A DNA stretch of 64,000 nt from an uncultured Bacteroidota bacterium. Its GTDB lineage: Bacteria > Bacteroidota > Ignavibacteria > Kryptoniales > JAKASW01. The DNA is taken from positions 642,034 through 706,033 of the forward strand of contig CAWBQQ010000001.1 in the NCBI GenBank assembly GCA_963790995.1, read 5' to 3'. A program made the position numbers and the translations under genes. Shown here piece by piece: positions 34,741 to 44,455 of this stretch (positions within the stretch are counted from its first letter, which is position 1; every line of letters begins with the position of its first letter). The notes under the pieces were generated by a model. It was not told the origin of the DNA. It did no database searches and saw only the letters and a program-made list of their open reading frames with translations.

Positions 34741-35972
34741 TGATTTTGAGAATAGCGTGGCGCAACATACTCAGGAATAAACGCAGGTCGCTAATACTAA
34801 TAATTTCCATAGTGGTCGGCGTCATCGCAATGGTTCTGACGCAAGCATTCGTCGGCGGCATGATGGAACAGATGCTCACGAACCAGATCGGTACCAACGT
34901 CGGCTACATACAAATTCATAAGACAGGTTATCAGGCCGAGCCGGGCATCGACAATTCGATGGTTGCACCGGAAAACATAAGATACCTGCTCATCCGCGAC
35001 TCTGCATCGGTCAATTATTCCGAGCGCTTGCGAACCTTCGGGCTCGTCAGCAGCGCTTACAACTCATCCGGCGTTTCGATAGTCGGCGTTATTCCTCAAG
35101 AGGAAAAGCGAATAACCACCATGTCGGAGTACGTTGTCACAGGAAAGTATTTGACAGATGAGCCGGACCAAATTCTCATCAGCACTTCAATTGCACAAAA
35201 ACTGAAGGTCGAGGTCGGCGACAAGGTTGTCATCATGGCATCGCAATTGGATGGGAGCGTCGGTTCAGAAGCTTGCCGCGTATGCGGAATCTACGAAACT
35301 TTCAATTCTGGCTTCGATCAGTCGCATGTCTACGTCTCAATTCAAACGCTGCGACAGATGCTGAGTGTCCATGACATGGTTTCTGAATTTGTGATTAATC
35401 CGGCGCATCGCGAGCAAATGCCGGCTGTTCTCAGCAGCCTGCGAAAACAGATTCACGCCGCAGCGGGCTCATCCGGCCAGTACGAGATCATGAGCTACGA
35501 AGAAATGCTTCCGCTTTTTGTGATGCAGATAGGATTATATAACCAGATATTTTACATCGTGTATGTGATCATCGGAATTGCGCTGATCTTCGGGATCATC
35601 AACGTCATGCTCATGGCGGTCATGGAACGGACGCACGAATTAGGTGTCTCCATGGCAATCGGCATGTCTAACAAGAAAATATTCCGTATGATTCTCATCG
35701 AGGCATTCCTTCTTGGGGTCAGCGGGACAATCATGGGCATTGGAATTTCTTTTGCATTCTGCCTGCACCTAGCTCACACCGGATGGGATCTGTCCGTCTT
35801 CTCGGCAAGTCTCAGATCATTTGGAGCCGGGTCTAAGATTTTCCCCATCCTTGACGCTTCCACCTACATCAAAGTGCTTTTGATCATTCCGCTCGTGACG
35901 GTGTTCGGGGCAGTCTATCCCGCGGCAAAAGCAATCCGGCTTCAACCTGTCGAGGCGATAAGAGCTGCATAA
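34740..35972 (+). CDS. MacB/LolCE-type ABC permease (FtsX domain), paralog B1
   Basis: 410-aa ORF with the same architecture. Its start overlaps the A1 stop (TGATG). Ends LQPVEAIRAA. Paralogous to 37248-38462. Confidence 0.85.
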   Translation: MILRIAWRNILRNKRRSLILIISIVVGVIAMVLTQAFVGGMMEQMLTNQIGTNVGYIQIHKTGYQAEPGIDNSMVAPENIRYLLIRDSASVNYSERLRTFGLVSSAYNSSGVSIVGVIPQEEKRITTMSEYVVTGKYLTDEPDQILISTSIAQKLKVEVGDKVVIMASQLDGSVGSEACRVCGIYETFNSGFDQSHVYVSIQTLRQMLSVHDMVSEFVINPAHREQMPAVLSSLRKQIHAAAGSSGQYEIMSYEEMLPLFVMQIGLYNQIFYIVYVIIGIALIFGIINVMLMAVMERTHELGVSMAIGMSNKKIFRMILIEAFLLGVSGTIMGIGISFAFCLHLAHTGWDLSVFSASLRSFGAGSKIFPILDASTYIKVLLIIPLVTVFGAVYPAAKAIRLQPVEAIRAA

Positions 35973-36006
35973 GTTGAAAACGCTGAACTATGAATTATAA
36001 AATCGC

Positions 36007-37251
36007 ATGTTGCTCATTCAATTAGCCTGGAGAAGTTTGTGGCGCAACTGGCGGCGTTCAATGATCGCCATGGCTGCCGTGATATTTGCGATTGCCCTTT
36101 CGATCGTCCAGCGCGGCATTCAGTATGGTACGTACGCGGAGACAATCAAAACGGCAGTACGTGTTTCCACCGGTTATCTCCAGATCCAGAAGATCGGCTA
36201 TAACAAAAATCCGACGCCGCAAAAGAATTTCGGCTTGACTCCGAAGATCATGGATGCGATCAAAACGACTACGCAAATCGATGGAAGCTCGCCGAGAATT
36301 CAAACGGACGCGCTCTTGAGCTATCGCAACCAGTCGCTCGGCGTGATGCTGATGGGCATTGCACCAAAGACAGAATCGCTCGTCACGGATTTTCAGAAGA
36401 AAGTAAACAGCGGACGTTTCTTATCAATGGACTCCGGTCACAAAAATGAAACCGCACCGGAGATTGTGGTAGGATATAAGCTGTTGGAGAACCTCGACGC
36501 CAAAGCTGGCGATTCAGTCGTCGTACTGGCACAGGACTTCGACGGCGTGCTTGGAAACATGTTTGTAAGGATCGTCGGCACCTTCAAGACAGGGTCCGAT
36601 GAGTTCGACCGGACGGGCGCATTCATGGACATTTCGGAAATGCAGTACTTTCTCAATATGGAAGGGAGAATAAATGCTGTTGCAATCTCGGTTAAGAACG
36701 AGGATGACGTTGACAGAACCTCCGACCGCCTTAACGTACTTTTAAAGCCAATGGGACTGGTAGCGCTTCCATGGCAGAAATTGCTGCCGCAATTAAATCA
36801 AACTATCCAGCTCGACAATTCAGGCGGCGCACTCTACATAATAATACTTCTCTTCGTGGTTGGGTTTGGAATATTGAACACGGTTTTGATGTCGATCACA
36901 GAAAGGTTCAGAGAGTACGGTGTGATGCTGTCGCTCGGCATGTCACAACGAAAACTTGTCATTGCCGTGGCGCTGGAAATTTTCTTCATGCTCATCATCG
37001 GATTCGTAATCGGTAACGGAATCGGCGTCGCTGTCAATTCGTATTTTGTGCAGCACCCAATCATACTCGGCGGCGACGTGGCACAGCTTTACAGGGAATA
37101 CGGTTTCGCACCCATGCTCGTTTCTTCCCTGTCGTTTAAGATTTTCCTAGACTCGACTCTAACGATACTTGGAATTTCCATCGTGGCTGCGGTATACCCG
37201 CTCTTGCGAGTTCTGAAATTGGAGCCTCTGAAAGGAATCAGATACACTTGA
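36007..37251 (+). CDS. MacB/LolCE-type ABC permease (FtsX domain), paralog A2
   Basis: 414-aa ORF, collinear with A1 over its full length (for example ITERFREYGVMLSLGMSQ is identical in both). Confidence 0.85.
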   Translation: MLLIQLAWRSLWRNWRRSMIAMAAVIFAIALSIVQRGIQYGTYAETIKTAVRVSTGYLQIQKIGYNKNPTPQKNFGLTPKIMDAIKTTTQIDGSSPRIQTDALLSYRNQSLGVMLMGIAPKTESLVTDFQKKVNSGRFLSMDSGHKNETAPEIVVGYKLLENLDAKAGDSVVVLAQDFDGVLGNMFVRIVGTFKTGSDEFDRTGAFMDISEMQYFLNMEGRINAVAISVKNEDDVDRTSDRLNVLLKPMGLVALPWQKLLPQLNQTIQLDNSGGALYIIILLFVVGFGILNTVLMSITERFREYGVMLSLGMSQRKLVIAVALEIFFMLIIGFVIGNGIGVAVNSYFVQHPIILGGDVAQLYREYGFAPMLVSSLSFKIFLDSTLTILGISIVAAVYPLLRVLKLEPLKGIRYT

Positions 37252-38462
37252 TTTCGAGGATAGCATGGCGAAACATATTGAGGAACAAACGAAGGTCACT
37301 CATACTGATTATCTCTATAATGATCGGCGTGATGGCGATGATTCTCACTGATGGTTTATCTGTCGGCATGATGCAGCAAATGCTTACGAACCAAATCGGA
37401 GCCGACGCCGGCTATATTCAGATCCATAAGAAGGGTTATCAGGCGAATCCAACGCTAAAAAATTCAATCGCTGATCCGGATGAAGTCAAGGCGGCATTGG
37501 CAAAAGAAAGTTCATCATGCAACGTGTCAGAGAGATTGCGAACATTCGGATTAGTCAGCAGCGCAAACAATTCGTCGGGCATATCGATCGTCGGAGTGAT
37601 TCCGGAATCCGAGAAAAAAGTGACCACGATACATAAATACCTAGTAAAGGGTAATTATCTATCCGGCAAGCCTGACGAGATAATCATCAGCACTTCGACA
37701 GCGGAAAAGCTGAAAGTTGGACTTGGCGATAAGGTAGTTATCATGGCTTCACGGCTCGATGGAAGCGTCGGCTCGGAAGCTTGCCGGGTAGTCGGGATAT
37801 TTGAAACTTTCGATGCCGGATTCGACCAGTCTCACCTTTACATTCCGCTGCAAACCGGTCAACAAATGCTTGGCGCACAAAACCACATTTCCGAATTCTT
37901 GGTGAACCCAATCGATACTAAACTGACCCACTCAATTGCACAGCGGCTGATATCTGAATTAACAAGCACCTATGAGGTTTTGACTTACGAGCAAATGCTC
38001 CCGCTCCTCGTAATGCAAATACAGCTTTACGACGAAACTATCTATATCTTTTATGCGATCATCGCCATCGCCTTGATATTCGGGATCGTCAACACGATGC
38101 TCATGGCTGTCATGGAGCGCACACACGAGTTCGGAATCGATATGGCAATCGGAATGTCGAACAAAAAGATTTTCATCATGATTCTGACCGAGTCAGCGTA
38201 TCTCGGCATAGCCGGTACAGCTGTCGGGCTCGTCGCCGCTTTCGCCGTCTTCATCCCGCTCTCATATTCGGGTTGGAATCTGGCGATGTTTTCAGAGAGC
38301 TTGAAGTCGCTCGGAATCGGCACAACCATCTACCCTATCCTGACGATATCCTCTCTTATCAACACAGTATTAATTATTCCCGCGGCAACTGTCGTAGATG
38401 CTATCTATCCGGCATTGAGAGCAGTAAAACTTCAGCCGGTTGAGGCGATAAGGTCAAGTTGA
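37248..38462 (+). CDS. MacB/LolCE-type ABC permease (FtsX domain), paralog B2
   Basis: 404-aa ORF. TTG start overlaps the A2 stop (TTGA). Collinear with B1 (RIAWRNILRNKRRSLILIISI and MLMAVMERTHE are shared). Confidence 0.8.
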   Translation: MISRIAWRNILRNKRRSLILIISIMIGVMAMILTDGLSVGMMQQMLTNQIGADAGYIQIHKKGYQANPTLKNSIADPDEVKAALAKESSSCNVSERLRTFGLVSSANNSSGISIVGVIPESEKKVTTIHKYLVKGNYLSGKPDEIIISTSTAEKLKVGLGDKVVIMASRLDGSVGSEACRVVGIFETFDAGFDQSHLYIPLQTGQQMLGAQNHISEFLVNPIDTKLTHSIAQRLISELTSTYEVLTYEQMLPLLVMQIQLYDETIYIFYAIIAIALIFGIVNTMLMAVMERTHEFGIDMAIGMSNKKIFIMILTESAYLGIAGTAVGLVAAFAVFIPLSYSGWNLAMFSESLKSLGIGTTIYPILTISSLINTVLIIPAATVVDAIYPALRAVKLQPVEAIRSS

Positions 38463-38576
38463 ATCGTGGAGTAATGGATTAGTGGATTAATGGAACACTT
38501 GGTTGTCGAGATAGTAGGCAGAAGTGCGGTTCGCGTTTTGCCGGTTTATAACAACTATGCAATTGGAAAATAAAAT

Positions 38577-39284
38577 ATGGATACTAAGAACATGAATCCT
38601 GAAATCGTTCGCGTTGAGAATGTAAGAAAAATTTATCAAGATAACGGCGTGCCCGTTGATGCACTTCGAGGAATAAACCTCACTGTTTCACCGGGTGACT
38701 TTTCCGTCATAGCCGGTCCGTCGGGTTCGGGCAAGACAACTCTTCTCAACATCATCGGCACGCTCGACAAGCCGACTGAAGGTACAATATTCCTCGATGG
38801 TGAAGACGTTGCTTCAAAGACCCGCCGCGAACTTGCGGACATCCGGCTGAGAAAGATCGGCTTCGTCTTTCAGGCATACAATCTCAACCCGGTTCTTAGT
38901 GCGCTTGAGAATGTCGAGTTCACCATGATGCTCCGCGGCATCGATGCTCATGAGCGAAAACGAAGAGGCCTCGCTTTGCTGGAAGAACTTGGCATTGCGG
39001 AGCTGGCGCACAAGCGCCCGAACAAAATGAGCGGCGGACAGCAGCAAAGAGTCGCGGTCGCGAGAGCAATCTCGAATGACCCGAGACTTGTTCTTGCAGA
39101 CGAGCCGACTGCAAATCTTGATTCCGAAACTGCGATCAAGCTTCTCGAACTGATGGAGAAGTTGAATCGCGAGGAGCGAATAACTTTCGTCTTTTCATCT
39201 CACGATCCTCAGGTCATCGAACGAGCGCATCGACTGCTCATATTGAAAGACGGTCGGATCGTTACGGACAGGGTTAAAGTGTAG
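38577..39284 (+). CDS. ABC transporter ATP-binding protein (LolD/MacB-NBD type)
   Basis: 235-aa ORF. Walker A GPSGSGKTT, signature MSGGQQQRVAVARA, Walker B LVLADEPTANLD. Confidence 0.9.
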   Translation: MDTKNMNPEIVRVENVRKIYQDNGVPVDALRGINLTVSPGDFSVIAGPSGSGKTTLLNIIGTLDKPTEGTIFLDGEDVASKTRRELADIRLRKIGFVFQAYNLNPVLSALENVEFTMMLRGIDAHERKRRGLALLEELGIAELAHKRPNKMSGGQQQRVAVARAISNDPRLVLADEPTANLDSETAIKLLELMEKLNREERITFVFSSHDPQVIERAHRLLILKDGRIVTDRVKV

Positions 39285-39300
39285 CACGCGGATTGCATGG

Positions 39301-40527
39301 ATGAGACAGATTTTCACTGATTTTCATCAAAGCCTCGCTATGTTGTTCCAAGTAAAGATGCGTAATGCGAGTTCTATTTTTTTCTTTGCATGTTCATTGC
39401 TGCTTTCAATAATCCCCTCACTCCCTGCGGCCGCTCAAACAACTCTCGACTTTTCCGGGTACGTCATGGAGATGCCGATATACGAAAACATTCAGCCTAC
39501 CTTGGCGCAATTAGTGAACTCCTCAAATTCAGAATTCTCCGATCTTGCCAGGCTGCGGCTTCGGCCGATGCTTCATATCGGCGATAACACGAAAATCGGA
39601 CTCGAATATGAAGTGGACGGTTTATATTACTCGCAGAATATTGCCTTCGGTCTTATCTCCACGACTCCGATGCGGCAGGTCATCACCTTGAGATGGGAGC
39701 CTGTAGACGAAAATCATCTCATGCTCTCTCACTACATAGATCGCCTGTATTTCGATCAAGAGTTTTCATTCGGCTCGCTTATTATCGGGAGACAGCGAAT
39801 AAGCTGGGGGTCGGGGCGAGTCTGGAACCCGACGGATATTTTCAACCCGATCAATCCCGCGAACTTCGGCAAGATCGAGAAAGACGGCGCCGACGCAGCC
39901 TCCATGAAATTTTATCTCGGCCAGCTGACAGATATACAATTCGTTTATAACGCAGAATACCATTTCGATTCCTCCAACTATGCCGTAAGGTTCAGAACAA
40001 ACGTGCTCGGTTACGATCTTGCCGTACTCGCAGGCTCTGCCGATAAGCGTGCCATCACGGGCGGCGACTTCGCCGGAAATGCATGGACCGCGGGAATAAG
40101 AGGAGAAGCGCTCGTCTTGCAGGATCCGGCAAAGGCGAACGGCTATTATGTAAGATGGATACTCGGAATGGATTACCAATTCAATGACAAACTCTACGGC
40201 CTGTTCGAATACTATCACAACGGCCAGGGTACGCTTGACCGGTCCGACTATGACTTCACCGGGTTATATAATGGAGCGATTCTTAACCTTGCCCGGGATT
40301 ATTTAGCCGTGAGCGCTTCTTACCAGCTTACACCGCTGATCACCGTACTGTTAGCTTCGAATTCCAACTTCAACGACGGGAGCGGCTACCTCGCGGGTAC
40401 GATCGACTACTCCGCAAGCGACAACACTTCTCTCACCATCGGATCACTTTACGCCTACGGAAAAAGTCTGACCGAATATTGGTATTACCCGCAGGCTTAC
40501 TATCTAAAACTGCAAACTTTCTTTTAG
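39301..40527 (+). CDS. putative outer-membrane beta-barrel (porin-like) protein
   Basis: 408-aa ORF. A signal peptide is visible from the internal Met (MRNASSIFFFACSLLLSIIPSLPAAAQ, about 39358). Alternating beta-strand pattern and a C-terminal YYLKLQTFF with terminal Phe, typical of OMP beta-signals. Confidence 0.55.
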   Translation: MRQIFTDFHQSLAMLFQVKMRNASSIFFFACSLLLSIIPSLPAAAQTTLDFSGYVMEMPIYENIQPTLAQLVNSSNSEFSDLARLRLRPMLHIGDNTKIGLEYEVDGLYYSQNIAFGLISTTPMRQVITLRWEPVDENHLMLSHYIDRLYFDQEFSFGSLIIGRQRISWGSGRVWNPTDIFNPINPANFGKIEKDGADAASMKFYLGQLTDIQFVYNAEYHFDSSNYAVRFRTNVLGYDLAVLAGSADKRAITGGDFAGNAWTAGIRGEALVLQDPAKANGYYVRWILGMDYQFNDKLYGLFEYYHNGQGTLDRSDYDFTGLYNGAILNLARDYLAVSASYQLTPLITVLLASNSNFNDGSGYLAGTIDYSASDNTSLTIGSLYAYGKSLTEYWYYPQAYYLKLQTFF

Positions 40528-40583
40528 CCTGCTCTTTCGATCAATTCTTTATATCGGCTTCGAATGAGATTTCGAATGAGTGA

Positions 40584-40871
40584 TCAAGCTTTGCTCGTGC
40601 CCTTGGGCACATAATCGAAGAAACGTTCCGTCATACCACCCGAGGTCCATTCGGACCGCAGTCGAGTCTTGCGCTCTGCCCGTCTAAGGGCGGATAGTAA
40701 TCCCTTGTTGAGTTCACGCGCACTTTCTCCGTACATCGCCGCCTCAACAACAAACCCGTCATCCGTTAAAGTGATCGACTCTTTCGGAACAAGTTTTCCT
40801 AAGACTTCCTTTATTGCCTGACCATTATCCGTGCTTATGCGAGCATGGAGCGTAAATTTCTTCTTCGTCAT
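40584..40871 (-). CDS. hypothetical 95-aa protein
   Basis: Start taken at MTKKKFTLHARI.... The longer ORF-track start adds a Cys/Ala-rich leader that does not look like coding sequence. No family recognised. Confidence 0.4.
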   Translation of the reverse strand: MTKKKFTLHARISTDNGQAIKEVLGKLVPKESITLTDDGFVVEAAMYGESARELNKGLLSALRRAERKTRLRSEWTSGGMTERFFDYVPKGTSKA

Positions 40872-41145
40872 TATATTACAGATAGCTTTATTTAAATTAA
40901 ATTTCCAGGGCACAAGTGCGCACGAAACAGGCGCTGACGCTATTATGCCGCAGTGACGTCCAGCCATTATTCAATTAAGACCTTATCCCTGCCAGGCTGG
41001 AAGGAAATAGCTCCGGCTGTTCGGCAGGAGGAAGCCGTTGACAGGAATTAAGAATGACTCGATCCCGAAGCGAAAGGCCCGGGCAGTTTCTCCATGCAGG
41101 TTCAATTCGTACCGATGAACTGCGAGTGGGAAAAAGAGATTCCGA

Positions 41146-41367
41146 TCATTTCATTAACTCAACAATCTTATTATGCGAAAGCGAGCCTCTGACCAGACGT
41201 ACTTTTCTTCGCGGCACTTTTAGGAAATCGGCAAGAATATTCATTACCGCCTCGTTCGCCTTTCCGTCAACAGGTTTCGCACAAACATATACCTCGAAGC
41301 TGTCTTCAGCCTTCCGGGAAATTTTGTTCTCTTTCGAATTGGGATGGACTTTGACTTTCAGATACAT
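41146..41367 (-). CDS. DUF167 (YggU/UPF0235) family protein
   Basis: 73-aa ORF. MYLKVKVHPNSKENKI...KPVDGKANEAV...FLKVPRRKVRLVRGSLSHNKIVEL matches the YggU pattern. Confidence 0.75.
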   Translation of the reverse strand: MYLKVKVHPNSKENKISRKAEDSFEVYVCAKPVDGKANEAVMNILADFLKVPRRKVRLVRGSLSHNKIVELMK

Positions 41368-41467
41368 CTAATATCGAAACTCAAAAGTCAAATGTCAGAA
41401 AAAATTTTGATGTGCTTTTCAATTCCATTTTTTCTTACCCAATCTTTGAATTATATTGATGCAGCCA

Positions 41468-41542
41468 CGGGGCGTGGCTCAGTCCGGTTAGAGCGCTTGG
41501 TTCGGGACCAAGAGGTCGTGGGTTCGAATCCCACCGCCCCGA
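41468..41542 (+). tRNA. tRNA-Pro (anticodon CGG)
   Basis: Manual cloverleaf: acceptor CGGGGCG/CGCCCCG, D-arm GCTC-AGTCCGGTTA-GAGC, anticodon arm CTTGG-TTCGGGA-CCAAG with G37, variable loop AGGTC, T-arm GTGGG-TTCGAAT-CCCAC, discriminator A. 75 nt, CCA not encoded. Confidence 0.9.
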
Positions 41543-41631
41543 CAGACTAAACCTTTGCACTTCACATTTTTATTACCACAACGACGCAAAAATGTAATAT
41601 TACAGATCATCGGCATCCAAATCTAAAAATT

Positions 41632-41994
41632 TCACTTTTCTTTTTCGAGCGTTGAATATTTCAAACGATCGGGAGCGAATCTACTATCTTTCAACAGCAA
41701 TCTTTCAACGACTTCACCGCCGATAATATGCCGCTCGATTATTTCGGCAACGTCCTTTTCCTCCACATGACAATACCAAACGCCTTCAGGATAAATCACG
41801 ACATTTGCTCCATGTTCGCAGACATCCAGGCAGCCGGATTTGTTTGCGCGAACTGTCGCTTTCAATCCGCGCGTGTGCAATTCTTTTTTGAACAGCTCGC
41901 GGATACTCTCGCCTCCCTTTTGCGAGCAAGAACCTTTCGGATCGTCGTCGCTTCTTTTATTCGTGCAAACGAAAATGTGTCGTATGTATCTCAT
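41632..41994 (-). CDS. thioredoxin-like [2Fe-2S] ferredoxin
   Basis: 120-aa ORF. IFVCTNKR...GSCSQKGG...SGCLDVCEHGANVVIYPEGVWY gives the Cys pattern of thioredoxin-like 2Fe-2S ferredoxins. Confidence 0.75.
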   Translation of the reverse strand: MRYIRHIFVCTNKRSDDDPKGSCSQKGGESIRELFKKELHTRGLKATVRANKSGCLDVCEHGANVVIYPEGVWYCHVEEKDVAEIIERHIIGGEVVERLLLKDSRFAPDRLKYSTLEKEK

Positions 41995-42256
41995 TTAAAT
42001 TTGATAATTCAAATTAAACAGTGTTTTATAAATAGCCAATGCAAAACGTGAGCTACTCAAATTTTTAAAAAATAACTCCTTTATACACAAGCGAATTCCT
42101 TCCGGTCCCGAGCTCCTGATGAACTTCCATGCATATACTGATTTTCTTGAAAACCTCTTCTTCGCATATTATACCGGGCATTTCAATTCATGAAATTGCC
42201 GGCAAATCTAATCATCTCGTTTCCGAGCATCCAAAATTCACAATTAAAAATTCTCT

Positions 42257-42592
42257 TCACCAGTATCCCGTCGTTACGGTCACATCGCCGAGGACCCTCG
42301 CGCCGCACGCAGCTCTTTCATTTTCCTCGTAACCCCCAGATTTCATAAGTTTCTTTTCACATTCTTTCGGCTGCGAAAGATTCTCCATGCCTAAGACTAT
42401 CTCAACTTTGCACCAGCCACAGACACAATCTCCTCGGCAAGAACTTCCGATTGGAATACCGTTCACGCGGGCAGCTTTAAAAAGTGTCTCGCCCTTTCTT
42501 ATTTCTACTTCTTTGTTAAGAGAGATACTTCCTTCGGCAGGGACATGAGCCAGTTCTGAGTGAAGTGAAGAAATGAATCTAACCTTTGGCAT
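42257..42592 (-). CDS. small Cys-rich (2Fe-2S)-binding-like protein
   Basis: 111-aa ORF with the cluster GSSCRGDCVCGWCKVEI plus a later C..C. Overlaps the PolX 3' end by 14 nt. The family assignment is tentative. Confidence 0.4.
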   Translation of the reverse strand: MPKVRFISSLHSELAHVPAEGSISLNKEVEIRKGETLFKAARVNGIPIGSSCRGDCVCGWCKVEIVLGMENLSQPKECEKKLMKSGGYEENERAACGARVLGDVTVTTGYW

Positions 42593-44327
42593 TCTTAAGA
42601 AATTTTTTGATCTGCTCGACGTTCATCGTGTTCAATAGATCTTCTTTCGTAAGCCACCCTTTCCTTGCTATGAAAACGCCGTAAAGAAAATCCGACAGCC
42701 CGGCTTTCGAGTGAGCGTCAGGATTGATGGAGAATTTGACCCCGGCTGCTTTCGCCTTTCGAATGGACCGCCAATCGATGTCGAGCCGATGAGGATTGGC
42801 ATTTATTTCGATGATTTTCTTATTCCGCACGGCAGTCTTAACGATCTCGTCCACATCGATTTCATACCCGCTTCTTCCAAGGAGCAGTCTTCCGGTCATG
42901 TGCCCAAGAAAAGTAAGGTAAGGATTTTTCAGCGCCGTCGTCAGCCGCTTAGTCGCTTCGTCTTTTTTCATGCCGAGCTTACTGTGAACTGATCCAACGG
43001 CGAAATCCAATCTCTTTAATACGCTATCCGCAAAATCGAGTTTGCCGTCAGACAAAATATCCACTTCGCTTCCTTTGAAAATGAAAAACTCTTTCGTCTC
43101 TTTATTCAGTTTGTCAACGGCATCAGCTTGCTCCTTCAATCTCCTTTCGTCTAACCCGTTCGCGTAAATCGCAACCTTGCTATGATCGCTAAGTCCGAAA
43201 TATTGCAAGCCGAGTTTGCGAGCTGTTTTGACCATATCTTCAAGAGAATCGGCGCCATCGCTCCAGTTCGTATGAACATGGAACAGGCCCAATATATCTC
43301 CCGGTTCCACGAGTTTGGGTATTTCACCCTTGGAGGCAGCTTTCACGGCGTCATCAGACTCACGAAGTTCAGGGGGGATGAACTGCAGTCCCAGCTCGGT
43401 GAAAATATCTTCTTCGGACTCAAATTGAATTTTGTCCTTGCCTTTCTTAAACTCTCTCACCCCGAGAATGTAGCCATGCGATGATGCATATTCCTTCAAC
43501 TGCGAGTAGAATTCCTTACTGCCGGTGGAATGCAAAACTGCGAATGGATACTCCGCTTTGTTAACGATTATGAACTCAACTGAGATGCCGTTTTGCCAAA
43601 CCACCGAGACGAGATCGTTTTGAATGTCTTTGACTCTCCTGACGCCTTTTAGTTTCTGCAAAGACGCGAATAATTTATCCCGCTCTCCGGATTTAAATTT
43701 TATTACACAGTCTATATCGCGGATAATTTCCCTCCTCCGCCGGTAACTGCCCGTGAATTCGTATTTCTCCACCCCTGAATGTTTTTCAAGAATTTCGGCA
43801 ATTTCATTAGCCGTTTCATGGACAATGTCGAGAAGATGGTACTCACTGTTCACTTTCAATTGCTGAATAGCAGCGAGAATTTTATCCTGAGTTTTCTTCC
43901 CGAAATTGCTCAAAGTAACGAGACGATTTTCATTGCACGCATACTCAAGCTCTGAAATAGACTTAATGTCCAACTGCTCATAAAGCGCGCGGACCTTATT
44001 CGGGCCAAGTCCTTGAATCTTAAACAGCCCTGTCAATTCCGGCGGAAAGGAATTTCGCAGCTCCTCCAGATAGGAAATCTTGCCTGTTTCGACTAGCTCG
44101 GTCAATTTCTTTGAAAGTGCTTCGCCGATTCCCGGAATTTTTTTCGCTTCACCTTTTCGAATAAGTCCCACCACGTCGGCAGTAGATTGTGTGATGGAAC
44201 GCGCAGCGCGAGAATATGCGGCGGTTTTGAATTTGTCCTCGCCCTTCAGTTCAAGGAGAGAAGAAATTTCTTCTAGAGCGTGGATGATTTCCTTCTTATC
44301 CATCGACATGCTCCCGGTACCTTGCAT
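42579..44327 (-). CDS. polX: DNA polymerase X family protein with C-terminal PHP phosphoesterase domain (PolX)
   Basis: 582-aa ORF. N-terminal HhH/8-kDa region (KFKTAAYSRAARSI, IPGIGEALSKK), a Pol-beta nucleotidyltransferase core (GSYRRRREIIRDIDCV), and PHP motifs HVHTNWSDG and SDH. Confidence 0.85.
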   Translation of the reverse strand: MQGTGSMSMDKKEIIHALEEISSLLELKGEDKFKTAAYSRAARSITQSTADVVGLIRKGEAKKIPGIGEALSKKLTELVETGKISYLEELRNSFPPELTGLFKIQGLGPNKVRALYEQLDIKSISELEYACNENRLVTLSNFGKKTQDKILAAIQQLKVNSEYHLLDIVHETANEIAEILEKHSGVEKYEFTGSYRRRREIIRDIDCVIKFKSGERDKLFASLQKLKGVRRVKDIQNDLVSVVWQNGISVEFIIVNKAEYPFAVLHSTGSKEFYSQLKEYASSHGYILGVREFKKGKDKIQFESEEDIFTELGLQFIPPELRESDDAVKAASKGEIPKLVEPGDILGLFHVHTNWSDGADSLEDMVKTARKLGLQYFGLSDHSKVAIYANGLDERRLKEQADAVDKLNKETKEFFIFKGSEVDILSDGKLDFADSVLKRLDFAVGSVHSKLGMKKDEATKRLTTALKNPYLTFLGHMTGRLLLGRSGYEIDVDEIVKTAVRNKKIIEINANPHRLDIDWRSIRKAKAAGVKFSINPDAHSKAGLSDFLYGVFIARKGWLTKEDLLNTMNVEQIKKFLKNAKG

Positions 44328-44455
44328 TATGGATTATAAATCCCCTACAGTTTGAAACTATCATTCGACGATCCTTTCTTCATTGATTAATTTAGCTTGA
44401 TTGTGCCCTAATACGCAATCATATTACGAAGAATCAATTTTATGAGGATATTTTT

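Noticed and set aside
40987-41030. Possible SRP (4.5S) RNA. CCAGGCUGGAAGGAAAUAGC resembles the helix-8 core CAGGUCCGGAAGGAAGCAGC.
   Set aside because: The conserved 3' symmetric-loop AGCA is replaced by AAUA. The stem closing a GGAA tetraloop would include a G-A mismatch. I could not build the long terminal helix that pairs the 5' and 3' ends. It is kept only as an unspecified structured region.
41468-41542. tRNA-Pro as an integration site for a mobile element.
   Set aside because: No integrase or recombinase and no direct repeat of the tRNA 3' end lie nearby. The flanking genes are ordinary (ferredoxin, DUF167).
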